A stretch of 63,815 nt of DNA, filler included, from Octopus bimaculoides (GCF_001194135.2; 9 parts of 9 records of this genome joined end to end with filler, not necessarily neighbours in it); one strand, 5' to 3'; shown: positions 25,486 to 38,340, numbered from the whole stretch's first letter. Made by a program: numbers and translations. The notes: generated from the sequence alone by a model not told the origin.

Positions 25486-25746
25486 ACTTTAAAAAAATAA
25501 ATGTTTTATATCATAGAATCAGAGGTGGTGGTTCTGTGTCGATTAGTATCATAGGACCGGAAGTGGTAGTCTCATGTGGATTGGCATCATAGAACAAGAG
25601 ATGGGGATCTCAGGTGCATTGGTGTAAAACAGGTTCATAAGGTTAAACTAAAACTGAAGATGTCTGCACTATATTTTCTTTAAAACTTAAGAAAATGTAA
25701 AATGTTATAATAACTAATATTATAACTAGTAATATTTAACTAGTCA

Positions 25747-26192
25747 AAGGTGGTGAGCAGGCAGAATTGTTAGCATGCCAGGCAAAATATTTACCAGCAT
25801 TTTGTCCGTTTTTATGTTCTGAGTTCAAATTCCACTGAGGTCGACTTTGCCTTTCATCATTTCAGCGAGTTAATAAAAAAGTACCAGTTGAACACTGGGG
25901 CCGATGTAATCGACTTGTCCCCTTCCTTGAAACTTCTGGCCTTGGCTCAAAATGCAAAACCAATATGTAACTCATTAGTAAGGCAGCTAGCTGGTAGAAT
26001 CATTAGCAGACTGGGCGAAAATGCTTTGTGGCATTTCATCCCTCTTTATGCTGAGTTCAAATTCCAGTGAGGTTGATTTTGTCTTTCATCCTTTTGGGGA
26101 TAATAAAAGAATTACCAGTTGAACATTGGGAATCGACTTCCCCCTCCCTCCAAAAACTACTGGCCCTGTACCAGAATTTGAAACCATTATAA

Positions 26193-26231
<39 letters not shown>

Positions 26232-26770
26232 TATTATTAAGGTGGTGAGCTGGAAGAATAGTTAGCATTCTACGCAAAATGCTTAGCAGTATTACGTCTG
26301 TCTTCACATTCTGTGAAGTATGTTGTCTGTCATCTTTCAGGATTGTGTACTCGGGTCAATCTAATCGACTGGCCCCCCTCCCACCAAATTTCAAGCCTTG
26401 TGCTTTTAACAGAAAGGACTATTATTATTATTATTATGGTGGAGAACTGGCAGAAGTGTAAGCACGCCAGGCAAAATGCTTAGTGGTATTTTGTCTGTCC
26501 TTATTTTCTGAGTTCAAATTCCGCCGAAGTCAACTTTGCCTTTCATTCTTTCGGGGTTGATGAAGTAAGCACCAGTCAAGTACTGGGGTCAATGTGATCA
26601 ACTTTCCCCCTCCCCACAAAAATTTCAGGCCTTGTGCCTTTAGTAAAAAGGATTATTATTATTATTATTATTGTTGTTGTTATTTTTATTACTTTTCACT
26701 AACCATGTATCAACAATCAACTTACCCACCCCTCCCCTGAAATTGTTAGACATGTTCCAAAAATTTTAAA
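25747..26770 (+). mobile_element. Head-to-tail array of four (plus a partial fifth) family B SINEs, later units joined by (ATT)n
   Basis: Heads at ~25747, ~25980, ~26238 and ~26436; (ATT)n at 26187-26238, 26420-26436 and 26652-26670. Confidence 0.9.
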
Positions 26771-26869
26771 CCAAAATCTAACTAATTAGTAATAAGATGT
26801 ATTTTAATTAATTAGTAGACATGGTAGAACACAACATTAAAATGTTTTCTATTAATGTTGTCCATGTGG

Positions 26870-27118
26870 GTTTCATAATTAATCCATGAGAAATTAAGTG
26901 GAATTCGGTTTTGATTCCATAACAGTGATAAAGTGGCACAAATACCACACGCATACATACATGACAAAATTCTTTCAGTTTCTGCCTACCAGTTCTACTC
27001 ACAAGATTTTGGTTGGCCCCAGGGAGACATTCACCCTTAGTTCCACATAGTGATATTGAACCTAAAGTCACAAGGGTGGGAAGCAAACTTCTTACCCACG
27101 CAACCATGTCTGTACCCA
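26870..27118 (-). mobile_element. SINE family A, 5' portion
   Basis: Minus strand gacatggttgcgtgggtaagaagtttgcttccc...gaaactgaaagaa. Confidence 0.75.
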
Positions 27119-27135
27119 TGCATGCATGCATACAA

Positions 27136-27233
27136 GAATACTCTGTTGATGTTGTTGAAATTCCAATGAAGGAGCCTTGGATCTAGGTTAGAAACCTGTT
27201 CTTTCTCTATTGGAAAGAAATCTTGAAATAAAC
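27136..27233 (+). mobile_element. 3'UTR-only copy of the (CATA)n-associated RLE family
   Basis: gttgatgttgttgaaattccaatgaaggagccttggatctaggttagaaacc...ttggaaagaaatcttgaaataaac matches the reverse complement of 31700-31790; preceded by catgcatgcatgcatac. Confidence 0.85.
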
Positions 27234-27558
27234 NNNNNNNNNNNNNNNNNNNNNNNNNNNNNNNNNNNNNNNNNNNNNNNNNNNNNNNNNNNNNNNNNNN
27301 NNNNNNNNNNNNNNNNNNNNNNNNNNNNNNNNNNNNNNNNNNNNNNNNNNNNNNNNNNNNNNNNNNNNNNNNNNNNNNNNNNNNNNNNNNNNNNNNNNNN
27401 NNNNNNNNNNNNNNNNNNNNNNNNNNNNNNNNNNNNNNNNNNNNNNNNNNNNNNNNNNNNNNNNNNNNNNNNNNNNNNNNNNNNNNNNNNNNNNNNNNNN
27501 NNNNNNNNNNNNNNNNNNNNNNNNNNNNNNNNNNNNNNNNNNNNNNNNNNNNNNNNNN

Positions 27559-27855
27559 TGGCTGAGCACTCCACAGACACGTGTACCCTTAACGTAGTTC
27601 TCGGGGATATTCAGCGTGACACAGTGTGACAAGGCTGACCCTTTGAATTACAGGCACAACAGAAACAGGAAGTAAGAGTGAGAGAAAGTTGTGGTGAAAG
27701 AGTACAGCAGGGTTCGCCACCATCCCCTGCCGGAGCCTCGTGGAGCTTTAGGTGTTTTCGCTCAATAAACACTCACAACGCCCGGCATGGGAATCGAAAC
27801 CGCGATCCTATGACCACGAGTCTGCTGCCCTAACCACTGGGCCATTGCGCCTCCA
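27559..27855 (-). mobile_element. Young tRNA-derived SINE family C (3' end in gap)
   Basis: ggaggcgcaatggcccagtggttagggcagcagactcgtggtcataggatcgcggtttcgattccc head with A/B boxes; CpG-rich body. Confidence 0.88.
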
Positions 27856-28319
27856 CTCACATATATACATATACACACAAATACCCATACATATACACAC
27901 ACATACAAATATACATATACACACACACACACATATATATATATATACATATACACACATATACATACACACACATATATATAAACACACACACACAAAC
28001 ATACACACATATATATACATACACACACACATGTAGAATAAAAATAAAAGTCAAGACAATCCAAACGTTAGAACAATTAGATGCTAAAAAAATATTATTA
28101 GCTGCTTTGTTATCGTTGGTGATTCCATCTGCGTGGGGTGAGTGAGTGTAATTGTGGAAACGCTAAATATTGACAACAACAACTAAACTACTCAGCAATT
28201 TCTTTTCATGCTAACTCACATTAATTTGTAAAGGGATACACAAGAATGGTGGTGGTGGTGGTGGCAGAAATATCGCAGCGATCACAAACAAACAACATAG
28301 AAAATATACACACGTGTGC

Positions 28320-28355
<36 letters not shown>

Positions 28356-28456
28356 NNNNNNNNNNNNNNNNNNNNNNNNNNNNNNNNNNNNNNNNNNNNT
28401 TAATTAATTAANNNNNNNNNNNNNNNNNNNNNNNNNNNNNNNNNNNNNNNNNNNNG

Positions 28457-28680
28457 GCATCGGAGGGATCGAAGGGCCGAGAGTTCGGCTGGGGAGATGT
28501 TGAGTCGAGAGGGACGCCTGGAAAAGTTAAACCGGCCCACAGCGCGTTGGCAGGCGCCCGCGAAAAGATCAACTGCTTGGAACTGGCCAGGAGCAGGCGT
28601 CCACTGGGATGGTCGTCGGCCCAGGTCAGTGAAGCAGTCCTCGTTGGGTGCGGGTGGTGTGTTATGGAAAAGCGCACCCA
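28457..28680 (-). mobile_element. Penelope-like element, pre-RT N-terminal fragment (GC-rich, apparently young)
   Basis: SQWTPAPGQFQAVDLFAGACQRAV...NISPAELSALRSLR matches the PLE segment that precedes the DIVIKPADKG motif; runs into a gap. Confidence 0.78.
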
Positions 28681-28835
28681 CGACGGGCTTCTTTCAGCTT
28701 CTGTCTAACATCTATTTACGAAGCTTTCGTCGGTTGAAGGCTATAGTAGAAGTCACTTGCCCGAGGTGCCATGCAAAATAGGACTGAACCCTGAAGTGCA
28801 ATCGAATGTTTGGAACCAAGCTTCTAACGGCACAA
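28681..28835 (-). mobile_element. SINE family A head, interrupted at its internal microsatellite position
   Basis: Minus strand ...gcatggcacctcgggcaagtgacttctactatagcc...gaaagaagcccgtcg then PLE sequence. Confidence 0.8.
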
Positions 28836-29219
28836 CTTCATTGTTAGTTGAGGGTTCACAGACTACGTGTTATTGGAAAACTAGTTGTAGCTGAACATAA
28901 TCTGGTTATTGCATTAAAGCTAATGCTAATTTTGTAATATTTGCCGATTTACCATGTGGGCAGTATTTAAGATGCACTGTCACCCCTATGAAATCTGTTT
29001 TCGTTCCTTAAATCAGTAGTACAAACAAGAAATGCATTGTTATTGGATGTAAAGAAACAGACTTCAGTTTTATGTAGCCACTTTTCTACCTTGGATAATG
29101 CTTCGACAGAAACCTACTCAATCATTGACTCTGATCTCAAGCTGTAATCTATCATCAACTTTGAACATAGTTTGAACATATGGAAATACGCGATAACTTA
29201 ATTAAACTAGTCGCCAGTG

Positions 29220-29551
29220 TCGTAACACACACATACATAAGCACACGCACAACACACACACACGCACACACACACTCACACACACACAAACATAAATAAC
29301 ATTTAGGCCATAGTGAGAGAAACATCATCACACACTAACATATATAGACATAGGCAGCGTATCTTTAGGCGCATATCCGTATATACAGTAAAACAAACGC
29401 TCCCACACGCATAGGCACATGTATGCCAGTATGTGGGCTTGATTATATGTGAATGTGTGTGTATGCTTGTGTGTGTGCGTGCGTGCGTGCGTGTGTGTGT
29501 GTCTGTGTGTGAGTGTGTAGCTGCGTATGAATGAATATGCGTTTGTTTGAG

Positions 29552-29583
<32 letters not shown>

Positions 29584-29640
29584 TAAATATATATATATAT
29601 TTATATATATATGCAGGTATCTGTGTATGGGAGTGTGCTT
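29220..29640. repeat. Compound (CA)n/(TG)n/(TA)n microsatellites
   Basis: Direct reading. Confidence 0.85.
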
Positions 29641-31344
29641 GAATACAATAGTAATTTACGTCCACACAGTATAAGAGATGTGTAGAACAGCTTTCACGAT
29701 AATCTTTTATTTACGCTGGAAGTGAAAACTAAGCAAAATGCATTATAAGAAAAAAGAATAATGTTTTAACTATAATAACCGTTGAAAAACCAACTTCTGT
29801 CAGAGTATGTATTGTAGTTTATATAAAAATACGTAGAAGGAAACTAACTTGAAGGTAGAAAAGTTTCATATAATCAGTGGAAAATTTTGATACGCAAAAG
29901 AAAGAAAGAATTTAAGAAATATGTAAAGAAAGACAACAAATGAATTGAAATAACATAGCAGTAAAACAATATCAAATTCGAAAATTTATTTCCGGTACCA
30001 TTACATTTCTGGTGGTTAGATTACAGTCTAATGAATACACGCTTTTAGTTTGGTTGGGAATTTGCAGTTTGTTCTTAAACTTTAAATTAACTATAACTAA
30101 ATTCTGAATATAGAAAAAATATCGAGGGAATTTAGTCTTGCGTATGTTTTTTAATGGTTTACACCATTGCCATCAAACTATATTTGTTTGAACTGTTGAC
30201 TTCAGAGCAATTAATTGCAAAGAATACGAAGGAAAGTAATTGTATTTTATTTAAAATGTTTATCATTTGAAGTAAAGTTGGAAAGTGACTCTTTTCTAAA
30301 TTANNNNNNNNNNTTTAAATTAACTATAACTAAATTCTGAATATAGAAAAAATATCGAGGGAATTTAGTCTTGCGTATGTTTTTTAATGGTTTACACCAT
30401 TGCCATCAAACTATATTTGTTTGAACTGTTGACTTCAGAGCAATTAATTGCAAAGAATACGAAGGAAAGTAATTGTATTTTATTTAAAATGTTTATCATT
30501 TGAAGTAAAGTTGGAAAGTGACTCTTTTCTAAATTAAAAAAAAAAATCACCTCAAAATTCTTCAAGCAAGATACAAGTGGTTTCTATTTTTTTTTCTCAC
30601 GTATACTTTGAAATATACTTTGAAATATATAATTTAATACGTTAGAAATACTTGTTTTTATTAAAATATTATGCAAGCTTCAGCAAGTATTGTGAAAGTT
30701 GTGCTCTACTGATGCGTTTAGAATAATATCGATACTACGGTGCCTAATCTTGGTTCCAGTAATAATATTGTTTTCTCTCACAGCATATTTATTTGTACAA
30801 ATCATTTTTAATGATATATCATTAAATATGTTAACGCTCATGTTTTTATATTAATAAACAGTTATTGAATATTATTGTTTGTTTTCTCCGTTTTTATTTC
30901 ACGGTGTCAATACATTTCTAATATAGATTATGGCAATATTACGATATAATTGTTGAAATTAAAATGAGAATAGAGACTGGAAATTTACGGCTTGAATACC
31001 CTATAAAAATTTATAACTTTAATATATTTTTGAGAAACATGATAAACATAATTGATGATACATACATACGTTGAGGCATGCACACACACACAGATACAAA
31101 CATACACATACACACAGTTACATACAAGAACTCACTTTGCACATTCATATGAAACAAAATATATAAAGAGATGAACACGACAACTAAAATCTAAGACAAT
31201 GGCTCACACTGAGACACACATACACACATCTATGTATGTATGTATGTATGTATGCATGTATGTATGTGTGTATGTATGCATGTATGTATGTGTGTATCTA
31301 TGTACGTATATATGTATGCGTGTATACTTGTATGTACGTGTGTA

Positions 31345-31660
31345 TGTCATTCTTCCTATTTTTTCAAAGATTTCTTGCCAATGGAGAAAGAGCCGATTTC
31401 TAAACTGAAATTTCAACATCAACAAGGTATTTATGTATATAGGAATGTATGTACATATATATACGCACAGATTTATATGTTTTGTTTTATGTATATGGCT
31501 TGTCAAGCATATACTCGCATATCTAGACAAGCTCATATATACTTAAATGATAAACTTCTGGAAAGTTTCAAAGATTTTTATAGTTCCAAGGATGTTTTAG
31601 ATAGCTGGTCTTCGAATCTGCTTTCACCCTTATGGTTTTGAAGAGTCTAATTTCTTACGA
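31345..31660 (-). mobile_element. 5'-truncated RLE retrotransposon 3' end (diverged paralogue of the adjacent copy), followed by (CATA)n-like repeats
   Basis: Aligns by eye with 31700-32020; downstream on the minus strand lies catacacacgtacatac...(CATA)n (31230-31345). Confidence 0.82.
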
Positions 31661-31687
31661 TTAGTATAAAGGCAGTGTATATGTATG

Positions 31688-32610
31688 TGATTGTTCAGTT
31701 TTATTTCAAGATTTCTTGCCAATACAGAAAGAGCCGGTTCCTAAACTAGGTCCAAGGCACCTTCATCGGAATTTCAACATCAACAAGATAGTGTCTTTGT
31801 TTGCATGTATATATATGTGCAGATTTGTATGTTTTGTTTTACGTATGTATTCTCAGGCATATTTCTGTATATCTAGACATGTTCATATATGTTTAAATGA
31901 CAAACCTCTGGAACGTTTTACAGATTTTAACAGTTCTAGTGATGGATTCGATCTGTAGCCTTCGAATTAGCTTTCTCCTTTCTGGTTTTGAGAAGACTAA
32001 TTTCTCAAGATTGGTATTTAGGCAGTGTGTTACATACTCCAGGACCCCAATAATTACAGGTATAAACCTGAACTTGTAATCTGGATACAGTAATTGCAGA
32101 TTTCTTAATAGTTCAGCGTAAATATTCTCGTTTTCACTGATCTTCAACTTTATGTTAACATCCGCCGCGCAGCTAATTTCAACAACTGTACACAGTTATT
32201 CTTCTCTATCCCAAATCATTATATCAGGTCTGCTGTGCTTGCATTTCATTGAAATCTTCATTGGGACATTTGAACAGGACTCCTTTTTATTATGAGTGGT
32301 TTCTACCATACTGTGGGGTCTTATTTCGCTGTCCTCGGATTTCTCCTTCCGATGAATTATTTTATAAAGTGCCCTAGCTACAATAACATCTCACGGTAGA
32401 TAAAGCCGTGATGACATTTTCGGAGAATTGCTTCTGATATGTGTACCATCTTCGGTGTTAACTCCACAAAATCTGCATCGATTGTCATATTTTACTGCTT
32501 CTCCTACATTTCTACCCCTTTGCGTATCAGGTATTTGGTTGATATTTCTTGTTCTTAGATTGAAAACGCAATCCTTTAAAGTTGGATTTTAATCACAAGG
32601 TATTGGAATC
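31688..32610 (-). mobile_element. RLE-type non-LTR retrotransposon 3' fragment (CCHC knuckle + RLE + 3'UTR)
   Basis: Translation: FSI*EQEISTKYL...YDNRCRFCGVNTEDGTHI...KHSRPDIMIWDREE*LCTVVEISCAADVNIKLKISENENIYAELLRNLQLLYPDYKFRFIPVIIG; 3' end aaataaaactgaacaatca|catacatatac. Confidence 0.88.
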
Positions 32611-33092
32611 TTATATGTATACCATTCTGCCTAAACAATGGATTTACAAATACAATATCCCTACATTCACTCTCTATTTACTATCTCAACAAAACTTAAG
32701 TATTGCTTAATCATTCTCTCACACCGTCTCCGATGAAGGGATATAATAAATATCCTGGAAATAGCTGTAAGACATTCTATTTATAAATGTTATATATTGT
32801 ACATAGTCTTGATTTTTTAATATCATTACGAAACGTAAATCCTTATATTCACACCCTGATATATGACCTACGTCGGACCCCTGATTCGCATCACCACCGA
32901 ACCTCGAGCTTAACTTTGGTCTACCCATAGCACTTACTCAGCATTACCTGAAACCTCTGAGTATAATTGACACGGCTATCTCTGAAAACCTATNNNNNNN
33001 NNNNNNNNNNNNNNNNNNNNNNNNNNNNNNNNNNNNNTTAATTAATTAANNNNNNNNNNNNNNNNNNNNNNNNNNNNNNNNNNNNNNNNNNN

Positions 33093-33372
33093 NTGTGCAT
33101 GGACAATCCAAACACAGACTGGTGTTGCCGCAAGGAGTGGCCGGCAGAACGGAAGTGGCGTGACACCGGGGTGTCATTGCCGACGTTGATATCTCGGAGG
33201 TGTTCCGCGAATCGGTCGGCCAGGCGGCGCCCCGTTTGTCCGATGTACAAGGATTGGCAGAGAGAGCAGGAGAGGCAATATATGATGTTGGTAGACGTGC
33301 AGGTGAAGGAGTCGGTGATGCGATAGGGTCGGTGATGGGTGCTGGTGAGGAGGGTGGTGTTGGAGAGGTAAG
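33093..33372 (-). mobile_element. Penelope-like GIY-YIG endonuclease fragment (open frame, GC-rich)
   Basis: FTCTSTNIIYCLSCSLCQSLYIGQTGRRLADRFAEHLRDI...PVSRHF is a canonical PLE GIY-YIG; starts next to a (CA)n/(TG)n tract and ends in a gap. Confidence 0.92.
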
Positions 33373-33383
33373 GGCAAGTATAT

Positions 33384-33414
<31 letters not shown>

Positions 33415-33849
33415 CACCCATACATATATAAATCCTCAATATAACCAACTAAACACACACACATTAGATACAAATGGTTATATTGAGTAGTTTTAGTGGT
33501 TGTATTGAGCACGATATATATTTTCTAATAGTATTTAGTGTTTTGTAAGATTGTATTGTAAAATAAACCTGAAATGTTGCTGAAATGAAACCAAATCTAC
33601 ATGGTCTTCTCTCCGTTTAAAAAAAAAATTTTTTTATGTTGTACTGATTCTGCTTCTGTCAATGATATAAATTTATGGAAATAAATTGGTAGAATCTTAG
33701 AATGGCATACAACTTTTCCATTCTTTTAGTCACTTCTATTTACATTCTTTTCAGATCCCTCACATCTTTTCAAATCTTTCTGAAGGTTAATTTTGCCTAT
33801 CAATATTTTGAGATTAACAAAATCTTGGGATATCTCAGATAGTACAAAA

Positions 33850-34172
33850 CAGGGGTTCCAAACCGGGATCCACATGGACCCCCAGAGGTCCACAGAAGCT
33901 TTAAGGTGGTCTACAAGTAAAAAAATTGTAATTTGTGGGTCCATATATAAATTTTGTTTTCTAGGAGAGGTACCTGTATTCATTGAAATTTTCAAGATTT
34001 GTGTTTAGAATTTATGTTATGAATATAACAAAATTGTTTCATTGTTAGTTTTTACTAACCTACAAATAAATATTTTATTTCAAAAATTTATATGTGCAAA
34101 AATGTATACGTCCACAGATGATAAGATAACTCTCAGGGGGTCCACAAGCAAAATAAGGTTGGGACCCTCCCC
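33850..34172. mobile_element. Degenerate hAT MITE
   Basis: caggggttccaaacc...ggttgggaccc termini; internal ggggtccac motifs shared with the 3.7-4.4 kb MITEs. Confidence 0.65.
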
Positions 34173-36816
34173 CATCGGTATAGAACCTTAAAGATGGTGG
34201 CCTCAGTTCAAAGAATAAAATTAATCTATGAATAATTTGCACTTTTAACTTAAAAATGCCTTTCCATACAATATCAAAACTGTAAATACTTTCTGGGTGA
34301 ATAATAGGTATGATGAAATTGGTAAAAAACAACAATATAATTTACTCATAATATGAAAGTAATAATATATATAATTAAATAAGTTCAGATGCAAATTTTG
34401 TCCTTTTAAATCATAGCTTAATAATCTTGTTAATTTGAACCATATGACTAGCGATTTTGATAAACAGTAAGAAAGCCATTATTTAATATATTGATTTTAG
34501 ATCAATTCTAGCTAGCATTTTATTTTGTTTACTAGCAATTAATTCCATGAAATTATAAATATAAGGTCTTACTAACAAGCAATTTTAATTGGTGTAACAT
34601 TACTTCTAACATAACAAATTTTTGTAAAATTATGTTGCTCTCAGAAAGTTTACAGTACCTATTGATCCTTAGGATAATATGAGCACAAAAGAAAACTTAA
34701 TAATTTTCCAGAAAAACTGGATTTTCAATACTTTTCCTTTGAAGTTAATAGAGAGATAGTAATGTAGCAAATTTCTTATATCATAATTTGAGTGTTAATT
34801 ATTTGAAGTTGCATGAGTGACAGAAAACAAAAAAGTAACCTAAATAATAAAGAAACTATTTAAAAATTTGAATACTGGATTTTAAAAAATATTGTAAAAA
34901 TAAAGTTACTGTTATTTAAAGCCATATTCAGAACTTGAATGTATACTAAATACAAAGAATAATTTGACGGCACTATGTAGATAAAATATACAGATAAAAT
35001 AAATTGATAGGTTATCATGAAAACTACATTGTAAACTGAAGCAAACGTATTTTAATAACAGTGCAAATGCTGGTGGTGGCAGATAACATTGATGGCACTA
35101 ACAAATGCTAGCATAAATGGACTTGAGAGATTGTCATCTAAATGGCTGCTTTGTGAACAAATTGTGAGATAAAACTACAATGATTGCACAAGCAAAACAA
35201 GAAAGGTGTGATTATCATTAATTTGATGATTGATGGTTATTTGATGCAAATATTTACAGTTCAATGAAGAAGACACTGTATTGATAATTACTGCTAAGGT
35301 AGTATGGAGAAATTGAACAAATCATTTCAGAATCTTGTTTTGCAGTAAAGGGTGAGTCAACCATCATATTTATCTAAAAGCTAAGACCATAGCAAAAACA
35401 AATGTAAAATATATAAATAGAAGCAAAAAAAAAAAAAAAGAAAGCACTTATCAGATTAAATTTCACACACTGTAATATTTCATGTAAGTATTACTAGAGA
35501 TTTGTATGATAGAAGAGATGTAACATATATCTCAGTGATTCACTTTAAAAAAATCCTGAAAAGTGGTATATATGTATTTGTAATTAATAGCAGTGATATA
35601 AGAAGTTAGAAATACACTCTCACAAGGTTTCTCATATTTTTATTCTCTCACATCTAAGTATTTTATATATTAGCTTATTGCACTTATTTTGAAATGTAAA
35701 CAGAAATATATAGAGAAAATTTAGAGCTTGAGGAAACTAATAATGGTTTGTTGCAGTAGAAAATTTAATAAAATTCATTAAAGAAAAGTTTTCTGTGCCA
35801 TGAGAAGAGAAAATTTGGACATTTTAGCCTGACTCAAATATACAATAGTTTGATAAAATATCCTAGAACATTTAATTACATTATAGTTGCAAGCAACAGA
35901 GTTCTGGGTGTTGGTTTAAAAGTAATAAAACAAGTAAGACACAGAATGAACGCATGAAAACAATAACTCTTGATATTAAAAAGGAAAACAGTTTGAGGTT
36001 CATACAATTACAAATTTAGTTTATGGTCACTTTGAGCTATATCCCTTCCCCAGAAATATCACTTTAACTGAACTCCATGAAGTCTTCAAATAGAAATTAG
36101 TTGACAGAATATTTTGAAATAAGTAATTTTGCTTTTATTCAGTACAAGGAGCCTTTCTTCAAAAGAAATTGTTTAGATTATAGGACACAATTGCTTAAAT
36201 GTAACAAGATTTGTCAAATATCTTTTTCAACATAGCTTCTGGTCTCCATGTATAGCTCACAAGTTCATCATTTTAGTGGAGTTATTGTTATGTTTTGAGT
36301 TTTAAGTGCATATGCTGATGGAAGATTGAAATAATACACTTTTTCCTATTTTTTTTTAACTAATGAAATGGAAAGAAGTAGAATAGTATCTATTCTGTGC
36401 AGAGAATGCAGTGGTTGCAACAGAATACTTAACCTCTAATATCTCTTCATAACAATGCATGCAACTAGGATTATGGATTTACAATATTATGAATCATCAA
36501 TATTTTTCAATAAATTTTTATGTACCAATAACTAATTCAGATTTTAATCATGGCTTGTATAGTAACAAGTAATTTTGCCTCCACTCAATGAAAAACTTGT
36601 GAGATTATATTTTTATTCTTGAAGTTAATAGTTTTAAGTTGGCAAAAACAATTGAGAATATTAAAATCTTTGTAATTAGGATGTTTACACCTTTTTCTGG
36701 TTCTAACAAAACTTCAGTGTGAAAGAAACGAATTTAGAAAAACAAATGAACAATGATAAAGGTTCATAAAATAACAAGCAGAAATGGTTACTAAAATAAC
36801 AAAATGAAATTTAAAA

Positions 36817-36857
<41 letters not shown>

Positions 36858-37209
36858 ATATATATATATATATATATATTAATTATAATGTTTCAAGAAG
36901 AGTAAAATATGATAATAGCTGTAAATATTACAAAGAAAGTATATTTTTAAAAAGATTTCTTTAAGATTTTCACAGAAGATTAATTTTGTTTGGTATTTTG
37001 ACTCAATGATTTTGTTTACATTTTCTTTTAAAATGAACTTGTAGGCATTTATTAAATAAGAGATTACAATAAATTTATTAACAATGATCATGGTAAATGC
37101 ATATGAAAAGAGATAGTAGTAAACAAAGGAGTGAGGCAAGAGAGATAATGAGAGATTAAGAAGGAAATCAAAAATCACAAATCCACTCAACCACCTCTTC
37201 ACCACAACT

Positions 37210-37350
37210 ATCATGATGATGATGAAGGAAAAGAAGAAGAAGAAGAAGAAGAAGAAGAAGGAAGTGGAGGAGGGAAAGAAGTAGAAACAGAAGAAGAAGA
37301 AGAAGAAGAAGAAGAAGAAGAAGAAGAAGAAAAAGAAGAAGAAGAAAAAT
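37210..37350. repeat. (GAA)n-rich microsatellite
   Basis: Direct reading. Confidence 0.9.
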
Positions 37351-38204
37351 GATGTGAAAGAATTTCTTTTACTTCATTTTATACCCAAAATGTGTTTTTG
37401 TATTTTCTATTTTTGAAAATATATCTTTAAAATAAAGTAAAATTAAAATAAAAATGAAAATACTTTTTAAAAATAAATTGAATCACATTCTTGATTTGGC
37501 AAATGATCAACAAAGCTAAAGAGTCTGTATTAGGCAAAATAATTGCCAGTTAAATGTGTCTGTATTTCTTCCAGCATATGTACGAGTATTTCTACAGATG
37601 CTTGTAAGTATGTGAGAACATTCTGAGTTGAAACGTACAAGATCTAGTAAAATTCACTTCTTAAAATTATCTTCTAAGAATGGTCTAATCAAATTACAGG
37701 TTTACAGCTTTTGAAGATTGGTATGCAGAAAATATAAAGAAACTGAAATAAAATGAAGGAAAAACAAACAAAAGTGAATGAATTAATGAAGTAAATCCAG
37801 AAACTGGATTGAGTAAAAGAAAGAAAAAAACATAGAGAATAGTGTTGGTGGAAAGGGGAGAATAAGATGTTTGGATTTTTTAAAAATCTTTGATTTTACT
37901 GAAACAAATTGCTAAATATATGTAATTCTAAAGTTCAGTTGACTTTCAATAAAAGTTCACTGCAATATAACTTCTGTTATAGCCTAACTATTTCAACACT
38001 GATCATACTCTCTGCATTGGAGTTTACAAAGCTATTGAGCTTTTCAATAAAACTCTACCATGTTTAAGTATTCTTCTCATTCACTTCTGTTTTCCATTCA
38101 TTATCTATACTAAGTTTGATGGTTACTGCATAACTGATAATTAAGGAGTGGAACCCAAAGCATCTCTCTTTCTCACTCTCTCCCTCTCTCTCTGTATATT
38201 CTGT

Positions 38205-38340
38205 TATTCTTTTATTTGTTTCAGTCATCTTGACTGCAGCCATACTGGAACACCACCTTTAGTCAAACAAATCCACTCCAGGACTTATTCTTTGTAAACC
38301 TAGTACTTATTCTTTTTTGTCGAACTGCTAAGTTACTGAA
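38205..38340 (-). mobile_element. SINE family A, 3' portion
   Basis: tttcagtcatcttgactgcagccatactggaacaccacc...ggacttattctttgtaaacctagtacttattc. Confidence 0.85.

Noticed and set aside
27780-27855. tRNA-like sequences (also heads of SINE families A, B, D)
   Set aside because: They continue into SINE bodies and lack a complete acceptor stem, so they are not called as tRNA genes.
30073-30540. Apparently identical ~230-bp direct repeat
   Set aside because: The two copies sit on either side of a 10-N gap; most likely an unmerged contig overlap.
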